Below, one piece after another: positions 50,261 to 62,613 of a DNA stretch of 64,000 nucleotides. Each line of letters starts with the position of its first letter. Position 1 is the stretch's first letter. The notes under the pieces were generated by a model. It searched no databases. It had not been told where the DNA came from and saw nothing but the letters and a program-made list of their open reading frames with translations. This stretch comes from Antedon mediterranea (Eukaryota; Animalia; Echinodermata), in contig NC_092676.1 in the NCBI RefSeq assembly GCF_964355755.1, positions 749,788 through 813,787 of the forward strand. Direction: 5' to 3'. Position numbers and translations under genes: made by a program.

Positions 50261-53200
50261 GTCTACACTATTAAGCTAGTTTAACAGAAAAGTGTGATGT
50301 GCCCAATATGGTAGTGATATGCTTAAATATGGTAGTGATATGACATCATCATATCCAAATATGGGCACATCACATGTCACATAAAGTTTGATAGTGTAGA
50401 CAGATCTTAAGAATAAGAATCAAATGTATATTGCAAATTTCATAAAAATAAATGAAATACCTTACTGTTGGCCCTAGTTCGTTTATTTTCCTTAATTGAA
50501 TTGATCGAATAACTACTGCAGTTAAATTGAATATCAAATGGCTGAATTACGGACACTGAATGTTAATATGGAAAACGTATATTAAACAAGAGACAGATAG
50601 GTTTTGGTTTAACTCATACTAGACTAGTTCTTCATGTAAGTTGTGAAAAAGTCTCTCAATCAACATTTTGTTAACAGGTTATTTGAAACTTTTTGAAGTT
50701 AGGAACATAAAAATAGTAATTAAACACTGGTAAAGAGAGCCAATTGGGCACACATTTATAGTGTTGGACGTCTAACTAAAACTTAAACATCACTCAGACA
50801 CCTGCACACTTAAAGCACAACAGAGAGCCAATTATGTAGACATATTGAAATTGGACGTCTAACTATATAAGGTAAACATCATTCAGACAGCAGACATCTG
50901 CCCAACAGAAAACAACACTTTAAAGCACAACAGAAACTAGTTCTTCTACATTCTTCTTCTAAAACAAGTTATCAACGATGTTATAGCCTACCAGTAAAAA
51001 TAAATAATTTATGAAAATAGGGACAAAATCATTGGTTTATAATTAATTGCTAGAATGCGAGAGCAAATTCATACCAGTAAATTAAGTAAACACGGCAACC
51101 TATGTAACCTAATCATTGATATCGTTATAAGTATTCACGGTACCAGATCAAGTTGTTTGATGTTGTACAAACCTTGAAGCAAACATATTTATTTTGTATT
51201 GATTATAACAACAATAACCTCGTACTAGATCTTTATCAGTACAGGTATTTAAAAAGTTCAATTTTAAGAAACTTAAAGCAAGTAAAAACATTTATTGTTG
51301 ACGGTTAATGATTATGGAAAAAAGTGTAAAAACGCTCTGAAAACAAGAGCAAGAAAAGGATAGAAAGTGGACATTTATGCCAGCACCTAAAACTACTACA
51401 GTACAATTAAAAAGGTATCCTATCCTAATCATCTGAAGGTCGCGTTAAAGGGGGGAAAGGGTTTTTATTTTCACGCGACGCGCGCCACTAGACTATAAAG
51501 TCATTCTGCGCATGCCTATGCTCATGTCATTTTGCCGACTAGACAGTTTCCAAATTTGATGTTTTATCATTTCAAATCACGTGTTTTTTATTTCAGAGAC
51601 ATGAACAGTTACTAAACTACACTGTTGTTTTTTTGTCTTCGTGAGGCTGTCTGAATAACCAGGCCAGGCTAACAAATAAAGAAACTCAATGCCACGTCAA
51701 TTACGTGAAACTTTCTAATGTAGAACTGCTCAGTCTGAATTTAACAACGGTGTAATTTATGATCAAAATTAGAAAAAAATATATGTAAGGTAATCGGAAA
51801 GGTAAAATGACAAAAAAAAAAGCTTGTTTGTGTTGACTACTACGGTACGTGTTTATCTTGATTTAAACTAAGGCCTACATACGGCATGACTCATGTGACA
51901 GAATAATCTGTAAATCGTACGTCTAGCGGGTAAATCCTGCATTCCCACCTCCCTTCAAATATTTAAATGTAGGTTGTTATTTATTGGCATTTTTTATTTT
52001 TCAGTCAATAATTGAATTGACAGATCTACGCATTTACTGTTGCTTCTCGTCTTGCTTTACGGTCATCATCAATAACACTTTTCTTACATTTTCTTTGACG
52101 ATTATTTCAAACCGCACTCAATACAACTCACTCACTGATGTTTCTAGTAAAACGAATTTTGGTGTGCATGACATTACTGCTGTTTGATGGTGCACTAGTT
52201 CAGACCAACAATATTGCAGAACAACTTCTGAGAGAGTAGGGGAGAGAGAGAGAAAGACACACCAACCGTTTGTTGAACCACAACTATATATAGCTATCGA
52301 GGCGAAATAATCATTCTGCGCACGCTAAGAAAATGCGCATACGCAGGTAGCTGCCTAGTCACGTGGCGCGTAGCCAGAGCCCAGAACGAAAGGTCGCTTT
52401 AATGATCACATGCGTATATCCAAAGAGTACTCTATTAACAATAGCACCTAAAATCAAATAATTAGAAAGCGTCTGCAATGTTGATTAACTAATCAATCAT
52501 TGTTTGATATATTGAAAGCACAAAAGCAGTTAGAACGTAAACACAAGATACGCTACACAGAACATAACTCTTATGAAATTAACAAAATGCATCCCATAAG
52601 CCTAATCAACTTGTCCAATGTGTATATGCAAACAAAAAACATTTCATAAACAAAACACATAGTCATGTAAATACATTTAGAGTTCACATGTTTATACATT
52701 CAATAAATCCATTTCAACTAGATCGTATTTTTTAAATACGAACGCTAGATGAGCACAAATACACGCGTATCGTATGATTAAAGCTAGGTTCCCCCTTGGA
52801 CGAAAGGCAACGCAAGTGAGTTGACCAATCAAAAGCGACATGTTCGGATGATCCATCACGTCGTTTACTTTGCACGCCTTGTCCTTGCGTTCGCGTCCAA
52901 ATGGGAACCATTCAGATGAAGCTAGATGCGCTATAAGTTACAACACAGTGGATGTTAATAACAAACAGACGGCACACGGATACATTTGTATGTATGTCAC
53001 AGTAAACAGTGCATGATTCATATAGAACATTATTAGACTACTGTCAATCATGGATTCATTTTAACTTAACAGGTGACGTAATGTGATTCCCAGCCTCGTC
53101 CTAGAAACTAGCACGTGTATATTCGTTCAAAATAATCCATTTGATGAGACACAAGTTACAAATGAGAGTTTAAAAGTTACATAACTCTTAACACTTTAAT

Positions 53201-56200
53201 GGTTGAATTAAAATGGCATTAGCCTTGATGTAATCTTTAATTTGAACAAAGAATATTTCAACAAGGTCTACTTATTTCCGTTATCCAGCAAACTACATAA
53301 ACAGTCTGGATACCTCTAGGACGCAGCGCAACGACGACGGATACGCACGAGCGAGGAATTTGACCAATCACAATCGCATCACACCTATCGCTTGATTGGT
53401 CAAATTACTTGCGTTGGGCGTACTTTCCTATCAGAAACCATGAACGCTTTAACTCTGTATCATCTAACAATCCGCAATTATTATTATTGAAGGGATGAAA
53501 AGTCTGATGTCACGTTTTCTATTTAAATGATTGACTGAGATATTATTTTTTCGGAAAGATATTTGTTACAATGCCTATTTTTCTGTAACATACACAGCTA
53601 TAAAAACACCATTACTGATGACGATATGTGAGGCAGTAATCCAGTTTACAGATTATTTTCAATGCAGAGAGACTTTTTCCATTAATAACTGAAATTCAAG
53701 TAGTGAAAATAAAAATTTAAATTAGAAAAATCGTGATGTCTTGTACATTCGATGAAACGATTTAAATAATGTCGTAATACCGAGAATCCAATGTATCCGA
53801 ATAATCGCAATAAAAATGTTAAATTGGAGATGTTCTTGTTAACTCACAATTGGCTGAACGATTTCAATAAGATGGCATAATCCTAAGTAAGAACAAAACA
53901 ACTAGAATGAGGATATCATAACACTGCTAAAGTATGTTGTTGAATCGCGGCCGTATAAGTTTAATCGCGGCCGTATAAGTTTAATTGTGGCCGTATAAGT
54001 TTAATTGTGCCGATTATTTGCTTTGATATTAAGCTAAGCTACCAGTAAAGTTTGCAACAAAGCTTTTATGAGTATTATAGTCCACACTTATTGATATAAA
54101 TAGCAGTATGCTTAATATCTTCTAATTCTCATTTCAACCATAAGTGGGTCGTAGTTTCATAATAAAATACTCTCGTCATAGATTTTGGTTAAGTATAATT
54201 GAGTGTATATTTTACTTATATAATAATCCTTAAAAAATGAAACTCTCTATTCAAGCACAGAGCAACGATATTAGATCTATAGATCAATGTTAAGAACCTA
54301 CTTGTGGTGTTTTAAGAAATTAGCTTCAATTCATCAATTTCAAGTATAATTGTCCATCTATAATAAACAGCTTATCGTATTGTTGCAACACATTGAATAC
54401 AAACATATAACGTGAATGTTTGAACGCTAGTCTAAAAAGTGAGCACTACTAAGGTAGTAGGTAAGGTGCTAAACAATACATAATCACTGCGTTTCTAATT
54501 AACTGCTAATGGTTAGTAAGTGATAATATTGCCGTATTCAACCTTTGTGTTCAACAGTAAATCTGTTGGGCCTTCGTACTTTTTATTCGAATGATAAACG
54601 TCAATTTATCACAAGCTTGTTCGTTAAGAACTTACTTAACGCTCAAAGTTAACTATACGTAACGGAAAAACATCCCAAAACCACAAAAACAAAGATATTC
54701 ATACGTCGTTTTTTGTAGTATTGTATATTATGAAATTATTTATAAATGTATAAATAATATTTACATCATTTATAATATTATTTGAAACAATGCTATATAG
54801 GCCTATAAAAATTTATTATCAATTTTTTATAGAATAATATATACACTCATATTTATATATATAAAACAAGACGATATTATACGTTTGTGATATATACGGT
54901 AATTAAGTTGCAAGAGAGTAGAAAGGTGAAGTCACAATGTAAGATTGCTAACTCAAGGGACTTAATATCTCAGCTATAACTTAACATAACCGTACAATTG
55001 TAGAATTTTGGCATCGAACATAACATAATAAACAAGACAATTCTCTTGGCAATTATGCATCTGTATTTAAATTTAAGATGATCGATGCCTTAATGTTATC
55101 TTACATGTACAATACCCTTTACGGTGAGCAGAAATAATTGAATAAAGTTTGAAGTGATTTTGTTCTTTTTTTTTACATTTGGATTCAAATGTTTGTAAGT
55201 TAGCATAATAATAACCAAAATTACCAGTAGGAATTACAACATATAATGATAATCTTTCCTTTAATGCTAAAACGCATAATATTTAACTTGATTTTAATTC
55301 GTCACTTTTTGTAAGGGATCTGTTTGATAAAAATAATTTTCCCGACATTTAAGAATTATTTAATAAATTAGTATGTCTAGAGTTTCCGATGTATGAGTAT
55401 TATTGCCAGGATTAAAGGCAGAATGGCCAATGGGCTTTCTGAATTTATAATTAAAAGAGAAGTTTTAGTTATTAAATATCTCTGTTTAACTAATGTAGAC
55501 TGTTTAACTAATGTAGACTACTGACCGAATGGAGTACGAATGGAGTACGTATACTCATGTATTGCTAAACATTGTCTTTAAATTCTGAATTGATAAGTTA
55601 AAAAAAGGTATTTTCACTCGTTAAAGATCTCTCTCTTTAACTAATGTAGACATTGCTGACCAAATGGAGTACGATATTCATGTAAATTTCTGAACATTGT
55701 CTTTAAATCCACTTTTTCCATTTTTTTCTTTTTCTTACAATAATAATATGCCCCAGAAAACTAGAAAATATATCGTGACGCCAATATGCTGATATTTATC
55801 ATTAACGCGATTATTTGATATTCATGTTGTATCATATTACAGGCATTAATATGATCTTCTTTTCCAAAAGGCAAACAAACCGCTTCCGAAAGGAAGAATA
55901 CGTGATATCGGAGAAGATTACCAATCAAATGAATTATACCATCGATTTATCAGGTTTGCTAAACTAAGTGTATGCTAATAATAATAACGGCTAAATGTAC
56001 AGCCAAATTGCAAAGTTCTATTCATTTATTGCGGTATGTTACTATTGTTCTCCTTAATACAAATATTTTATTACCACTTATAGATATGAAGGTGTAGCAT
56101 CAACATCACTAACATTATCTATTTATTAATTATAATCAATCACACTCTGAATGATAAATCATAATCATCATTCTCGTATTAATCATTATCATCACAATCA

Positions 56201-56329
56201 TTGTAATCATCATCACCATCCTCCTCCAATGGCGGACACGATATAACACTTCACAATCTTAACTTAATATTATTATCTGTTGTAGAGAGGGTTACTTGTA
56301 AATGTATGTTATTATGCATCATCTGCTTC

Positions 56330-56334
56330 ATCAT

Positions 56335-56371
<37 letters not shown>

Positions 56372-56372
56372 G
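56330..56372. repeat. (CAT)n microsatellite
   Basis: About 11 perfect CAT units. Confidence 0.9.
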
Positions 56373-57800
56373 ACATAATTATTATCATTGTCACCGACCA
56401 TCTCCATCAATTGTTGTTCAAGTACTAGACTCTTATTTGTAATCGCATTATACATACATTATTTATTACACCGATATTCATCATTAGAGGAGCAGGAATA
56501 TACTTTTTTTTATTTCGCATAATGTCTTTAACAATTTATTTACATCAACATTTCGAAAAATGCGCATTGTAGCCATATTATGCATGTGACTGTATTTTCT
56601 GTAAATCACTTGCAAGCGATGAGATGTCTAGTATTGCCATCAATTGATACTAATCGGCAGTAGACCCTACAGATAAAATCACCCGTCGTTTGAATACATT
56701 AATCCTTCTATAATGTTCTCAACTCTTGATCAGCGATGATGATGAAATACGAACGCGGCTTTATACATTACTCGTAATTTGAAATTAATGTCATAAGGTA
56801 TTCAAGGTTTTAATGTAAGAGATCTCCACTTGAAGTGGTTCATTTAAGGGACATAGATTATCAGGAATGACAACTCGTGGAATTTACACTAATGGAGAAC
56901 ATGATTATTACTTTTATATAGATCCTAATGGAATGATATCAAATTACAGCTAATTCCCATTAACATTTTTGTTGAGGATGGACGCAAATTGGAAAAGTAA
57001 TTAACTTGGTTAACTCCATTTATACGATATAATTTGTTAACAACATTATTACGGACGCTAACGCATGGATATAAAAACTTCGTCATAAACACAACGACGT
57101 TACGCATAAATTGGGAATTTAACAACTATTAAAGAAAATTAATTATATTTCAATTCATAATTATACAATTAATTAAACCATCCCTGATCAAACTGATTGT
57201 TAGAATTAATTTAAATCAGGGAAGAGTGATAATTTCAATCTTCTCTGATTTAAACTTAAAATTTAAAGTTCATAAGAAAACAAAATCTTAACTCTGTCAC
57301 CATTAGCTTTCTATAAATAAAAGCTGACAAATTATTTCTATCCATTTATTTCAAACATTGCATGCATCAAGTAAACTAAGAAAAAAATAAGTAAAATAAG
57401 AGAAAAATGAGGAAAATAATTGATTTTTAATTGGTTAAATTTAAAAAAACGTAATAATCGTTTTAGTTGGTGTACACCAATTGTGTTTCAACCTGTTTTG
57501 TTTTCCTTCATGGAAATCCAAATGAGATTTAAAATTAACTTCCCAATATACTATTATTGCACTTTTCAAGGTTTACAGCGTGACGTTTACTCTACACGAA
57601 TGCTGATTGGCTGGCTTAATATCCTGGAAGGAGGGACTATTGGCAAGTCGTCTGCAACATCTGTTCAGACTATGAGAAGGAATTACTGCCTATGTTAACG
57701 CCAAACTACACTGATGTGAAGAGAAAGCATGGAGATATTATGTGTTACTGTCATAAATGTATTCACGTAAGTTTGTTGTCTTAGGATTGATGTTGCAACA

Positions 57801-60479
57801 ATGTATACAGTATTGTTTGTAGGGTTTTTATTCACTCTTTCCAGTGTTCAAGCGATTAAATACATTGAACGACCGTCAAATACATCTGTAACCATTGGAG
57901 ATGCTGTCATCTTGCGATGCTCAGTCTCTGGCAAAGGAAAGTCAAAATTATACTGGGAAAGATTAGGAGAGCCAAGGTACAATGAGTACATCAGTATGGA
58001 CGCGAACATCGACCCGTATGGAGTTTATGGTCGAGATATCAAGTCCCGATATTCTGTCGTTGGAAATCAAAAATTAGGTGAATATCATTTAAAAATTGAA
58101 AGAGTAAACGTTGATGACGATGGAGAATTTGCTTGTGTATATTTTGAAAATGGGTATAGAGATAAACATTACGTCAGTTCTTATGTGACGGTAATGTGGC
58201 CTGCGCCTGAACCACCTAAATGTCAGGTAACATACAGTATTAGTTCACAGCGGGTATCATTAATATGCTTGTCTCGCGGGGGACATCCAGTAGCCTCGCT
58301 TGCATGGACAAATGGAAAAACAAAATTGATAGGAGCGCCTCGAAAAACAAACGATGTCTCTTTGAATATTTATCAGCCGGGGACTAAAAAGTTTACAGAG
58401 AGCGTTTTTACATGTGTCGCAACTACACCGGCACTAGAGACTCCTCGAATTTGTAAAGTTTTACCCGTCTACATAAATTGGCACCGAAACAACTTATTTA
58501 CAGGCGATGACGTTATCTTGACGTGTAAGGTGTTCGCACATGAAAACGACTTGGCAATTTCATGGCGAATTAACAACCAAATTGTAGAAAATTCCGGAAA
58601 ATTAACGGAATTCAAAGACGGAAAACGAAAGTTGATAATATATGATCTCGATATTACAGATAATGAGCTAAAAGTAACGTGTATAGTTCGAAATCGAGAT
58701 GGACTGACAGGAAATGCTAGCGAAATACTTTACGTGAGCAGACAAGAATATATAGTGTATAAACCCACTCACACTACCACGCAAAGTACACTCACACCAA
58801 CGACCTTGAGTTACCTTACAACGAAAGCTACTTTATTGACCAAGAATAAAAATGGAGATATTAACAATATAATTACAACATCTGTAAAACCTACATTAGC
58901 AACTTTAACACAAAATGCTAACGTTAGTGCAATTGAGGGAACGGTCGCGTACGATAATTTACCGGGTCCGCCATTTGAAGTTGGCGTCAACGGAAAAGAT
59001 GCACTCCTTTACAAAAGTTTCATGATTATTGTTAGTGTTGTTGCATTAGTATTATTTATTCTTTTGATTACATATGGAATGCGTTATCGTAGATCGAAAA
59101 CGCGTTCGCGACTCGAAAAACAGCGTCAACTTGATGAAAAGTGTAAAGAAAGCGTTCCAATGACTAGAGTTATGAGTGACATGGCCAGTGAAAGTAAAAG
59201 GTCGGATAATGAAGATAGTGGAATATCATTTGGTACCGAAATAGAATCAAATATAGACTGTAATACTATTGATTATAAACAACGAGTTATGAACGCGTAC
59301 CCTGATCTTATCATTAATCAGGACAAATGTATTGATAAGAAAAAAGATGAGCCAATCTATATGTGTCTAAATAATTGTTCTGATGAAGAATCTGAGGATG
59401 AAAAATATCAACAGAAAGAGACAAATAATAATCCTGTTTATATGAAACTTGACCGCGAAGCGGAGGAGAGGGACGAGGTTTATTGCAGCGTTGAAATCGG
59501 TAACCCTTTTCCAAATAAGGATAAAGACACGCACAAGCATTTGTACGCAGTGCTTGAGAGCGATTCAGAAAGTTGCGTCGTTAGTGATATGAGAGAAAGT
59601 GATTTTTGCAATAGTGGATATTATAGCGCCGATTCTCCATGTGAATACGAAGAACTTCCTGAAAGTCTACCCACACGTAAACAGTGTCCTGAACCCTGTG
59701 CGTATGCGGTCACAGACCTTAGAGAGGTAAACCGTCCTCTACGACCATCACTAAAACAAACTTTATGGAAGAAGTTAAAAAAGGGTAGTAGTAACTCTTT
59801 AAAAGATAACAGGGAACATATATCGAGACGTAGTTTACCCAAACCATCACACAAAAAGGAAATAAGCCGTGATAACGTGCATAACCCACTAACAAAAACG
59901 AGCAGTTGTCCTTTAGTTATTCCCGTCGTCGAAAGTGCAAGAACACCAAATATGGAAACTCTTAAAAGGTTACGAAACGCGCACTTCATGGCCAACAGGC
60001 CACTGATTAGTCGACCAATATTTGGACGAACTGTAAGTACAGAACAAGGAATTGTTGTCACAGACGATTATGCTGAATTAGATATTAATCCGCCATTTTC
60101 AGAAAACCAAAAAGACGATACATATGAGTCACTTGATGAGTATACCATTGTTAAAAAAAGTAGTCCCATCGGCAAAAGGCCTATCAGACTAAGTCCATCT
60201 TTCCATGGACGAGAACTCCCAAAACTAAAAAAGTCAGTATCATGTCGGAGATGTGGCTCCCCAACAGATCGTGGATTTTATAGTTCCAGTTCAGAGGAGG
60301 AAGTTAGGAACACTGGCCCACAAACACCACCTAGGATTTTAAAAAATTACAAACGAATTGATCAGATTCGAAAAGATGAAGCTCGATTAAAACGTGCTTC
60401 TTGGCCAAATCGCCAGCAAACTCGAACAGAGAAACTATTAAATAAATCTAACGCATATTCGGTTGTAGAATTAGATTAA
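57801..60479 (+). CDS. Single-exon type I membrane Ig-superfamily receptor (3 Ig domains, nephrin/Kirre-like ectodomain, long Tyr-motif tail), 892 aa
   Basis: Uninterrupted 2679-bp ORF with good start context (ACAATG) and upstream CCAAT boxes (ATTGG at ~57606 and ~57640). Signal peptide MYTVLFVGFLFTLSSVQA; Ig signatures LRC..LYW..YHLKIERVNVDDDGEFACV, LICLSRGGHPVASLAW and LTC..ISW..VTCIV; Thr-rich stalk; TM FMIIVSVVALVLFILLITYGM followed by RYRR. Confidence 0.92.
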   Translation: MYTVLFVGFLFTLSSVQAIKYIERPSNTSVTIGDAVILRCSVSGKGKSKLYWERLGEPRYNEYISMDANIDPYGVYGRDIKSRYSVVGNQKLGEYHLKIERVNVDDDGEFACVYFENGYRDKHYVSSYVTVMWPAPEPPKCQVTYSISSQRVSLICLSRGGHPVASLAWTNGKTKLIGAPRKTNDVSLNIYQPGTKKFTESVFTCVATTPALETPRICKVLPVYINWHRNNLFTGDDVILTCKVFAHENDLAISWRINNQIVENSGKLTEFKDGKRKLIIYDLDITDNELKVTCIVRNRDGLTGNASEILYVSRQEYIVYKPTHTTTQSTLTPTTLSYLTTKATLLTKNKNGDINNIITTSVKPTLATLTQNANVSAIEGTVAYDNLPGPPFEVGVNGKDALLYKSFMIIVSVVALVLFILLITYGMRYRRSKTRSRLEKQRQLDEKCKESVPMTRVMSDMASESKRSDNEDSGISFGTEIESNIDCNTIDYKQRVMNAYPDLIINQDKCIDKKKDEPIYMCLNNCSDEESEDEKYQQKETNNNPVYMKLDREAEERDEVYCSVEIGNPFPNKDKDTHKHLYAVLESDSESCVVSDMRESDFCNSGYYSADSPCEYEELPESLPTRKQCPEPCAYAVTDLREVNRPLRPSLKQTLWKKLKKGSSNSLKDNREHISRRSLPKPSHKKEISRDNVHNPLTKTSSCPLVIPVVESARTPNMETLKRLRNAHFMANRPLISRPIFGRTVSTEQGIVVTDDYAELDINPPFSENQKDDTYESLDEYTIVKKSSPIGKRPIRLSPSFHGRELPKLKKSVSCRRCGSPTDRGFYSSSSEEEVRNTGPQTPPRILKNYKRIDQIRKDEARLKRASWPNRQQTRTEKLLNKSNAYSVVELD

Positions 60480-62586
60480 AACGTTATCGGACTTTAATCA
60501 GTTTTTGTACCGTGGTATGTAAACAAAAACAAGTTATAATGAAACGTGTTATTACTTATTTATTAAGGAAGGTGGTGTATCCATATAAGTTTGATTCCCA
60601 CTAGGACGGAAAGTAAGAACGTGATTGGTCAAATTACTGTGGTGCGCCTACGTACTTGCGTTGCATCCTATGCTTACGTTATGCCCTGATCTTGTACACA
60701 TCTAATGGAAACCCTGTTCTGATCATTTACACATCTAATGGTACCATTTCAATTCATTAGTGAGAATATAAAATTACGACATTGTATAAATAAAGTTTAT
60801 TATCAAAGAAAAATCAAATGACCTATTAAATGTTAGCATAAGGTAAATTATAATAGTTTAATACAAATAAAAAATTGATATATGTACAATTTAGAGTGAA
60901 TGTAAGAAGTAACATGCTATGTATTAATTGTGTTTATACATGTGAATTACCGCAGTCACATTTAGTGTTCTTTATATATATAGCAAAAGAAGACAATAGG
61001 ACCATTATTCTGAAAGAGAAACTATATGATACGATTATACGATATAGGAAGTCAACTTTAATTCCATTAGGTCCAAAACAAAAGTTAAATGATCACCTAT
61101 CTAATAATAAACGTTGAAAATGTATTATAACATGTTACAAACAAAAATACGACTACAGTACGGTGTGCAAAATGTATTACAACTGAATAAAGTAGTAACA
61201 ACAGTTTTACAATATAGAATGTATTTTGTATGTTTGAAAAGCAGTTAAATAATGACAGCAGCACACAGTAGCAATGCGCATTTGATAAATATCTGGTTTG
61301 TCTTCAACCTATTTCCAGTTTAAACATCCCTTTTCTCGGATGATTCGACTAATCTGTTTTGTCAGTTTACAGATGAATATAAGAATAATACGTGGGACTA
61401 ATGTTGAATCACGGAGGAATTATTTCACTGAATGATTTCCACGCAATCAGAAGAAGTTCTAAAGTGCATCGATTGTTTTCATATAGAAAGTATACTGTAG
61501 ATATCACCGGTGTAGATATATATATATTTAGGCTGATTTTCTTATTTTGCGCAAAAAAACAAAATAGAATTGAACAAGGGAATTTTACGGTTTGTATTGA
61601 AAACACTTCATAGTATTTTTTTAAGCATCAAGGTGTTAAAACCTCAATAATTTGTTTGTAATGCGTCCAAACGGAAACAATTGTGAAGGCTAAGCCGTGG
61701 GTCAGTTTACCAGATGTTGTTTGCAGTCGCTCTGTCTTGCTGGTTAAAACTAGAAATTGTACATTTCAACTGTATCGTTATTATATTCCGTTGTTTCATA
61801 AGATTCACTGAAATCGCGTGTTAACCAGAGTATCTTTTAATATCCGATTAATATTAATAAGTTTAAAATAGACATGACAGATTAGGTTTACAATCGCTTG
61901 CTGCAGAATAAATCAATATACAAGATCTTAAAAGCTAAGCATGATTAAGACAATCAATTTGAAGAAAAATATATGTACGACCAATCCAAAACAAACCCAT
62001 ATGAGGAAATATTTTACAAATTAGAGGAAAACAAGAAAAATTTATTACCAAATCTTGCTTTTAAATCATATAAAATCATTACGATGATGAAAAAACGTCA
62101 TCATCAACAAAAACAAAACTAGATTTTAATTTAAAATATATTGAGATTTCCAATAAGGAAGGATGCTCAGCGATATTTCAATTTCTGTTGTGCTCAGATA
62201 TTTCAGATATTTTATATAAGTCCATCCAAATAAATTAATAAAATGTTTAGATATTAATAAATAAAGAACAACAAGTAAAATAGTGATCATTTGGGATTAC
62301 TCTATCATGAATAGAATTCATGGCGACGATGTTTCCTAATTGAATCAGCCCCATAGCACGCCTGAAATAAACAACGAATTAGATATCTAAAAACAAGCGT
62401 AAAATATGCTCAACCTAATATACTAAAAAACGATGTACCGCAGTAAGGTTTACGCTTTTCTACAGCTCTGTCTACACTATCGAACTAGTTTGTCAAAACA
62501 AGTGTGATGTGCCCAAATATGGTAGTGATATGCTTAAATATGGTAGTGATATGACATCATCATGTCCATATATAGGCACATATAAG

Positions 62587-62613
62587 CAGGGAGATTTATT
62601 TTACATCTCCCTG
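62587..62613. mobile_element. 27-bp palindromic insertion with a 7-bp TSD (probable P-superfamily excision footprint)
   Basis: ATATAAG[CAGGGAGATTTATTTTACATCTCCCTG]ATATAAG. Confidence 0.65.

Noticed and set aside
59314-60061. Antisense ORFs within the Ig receptor
   Set aside because: Shadow frames of a real CDS.
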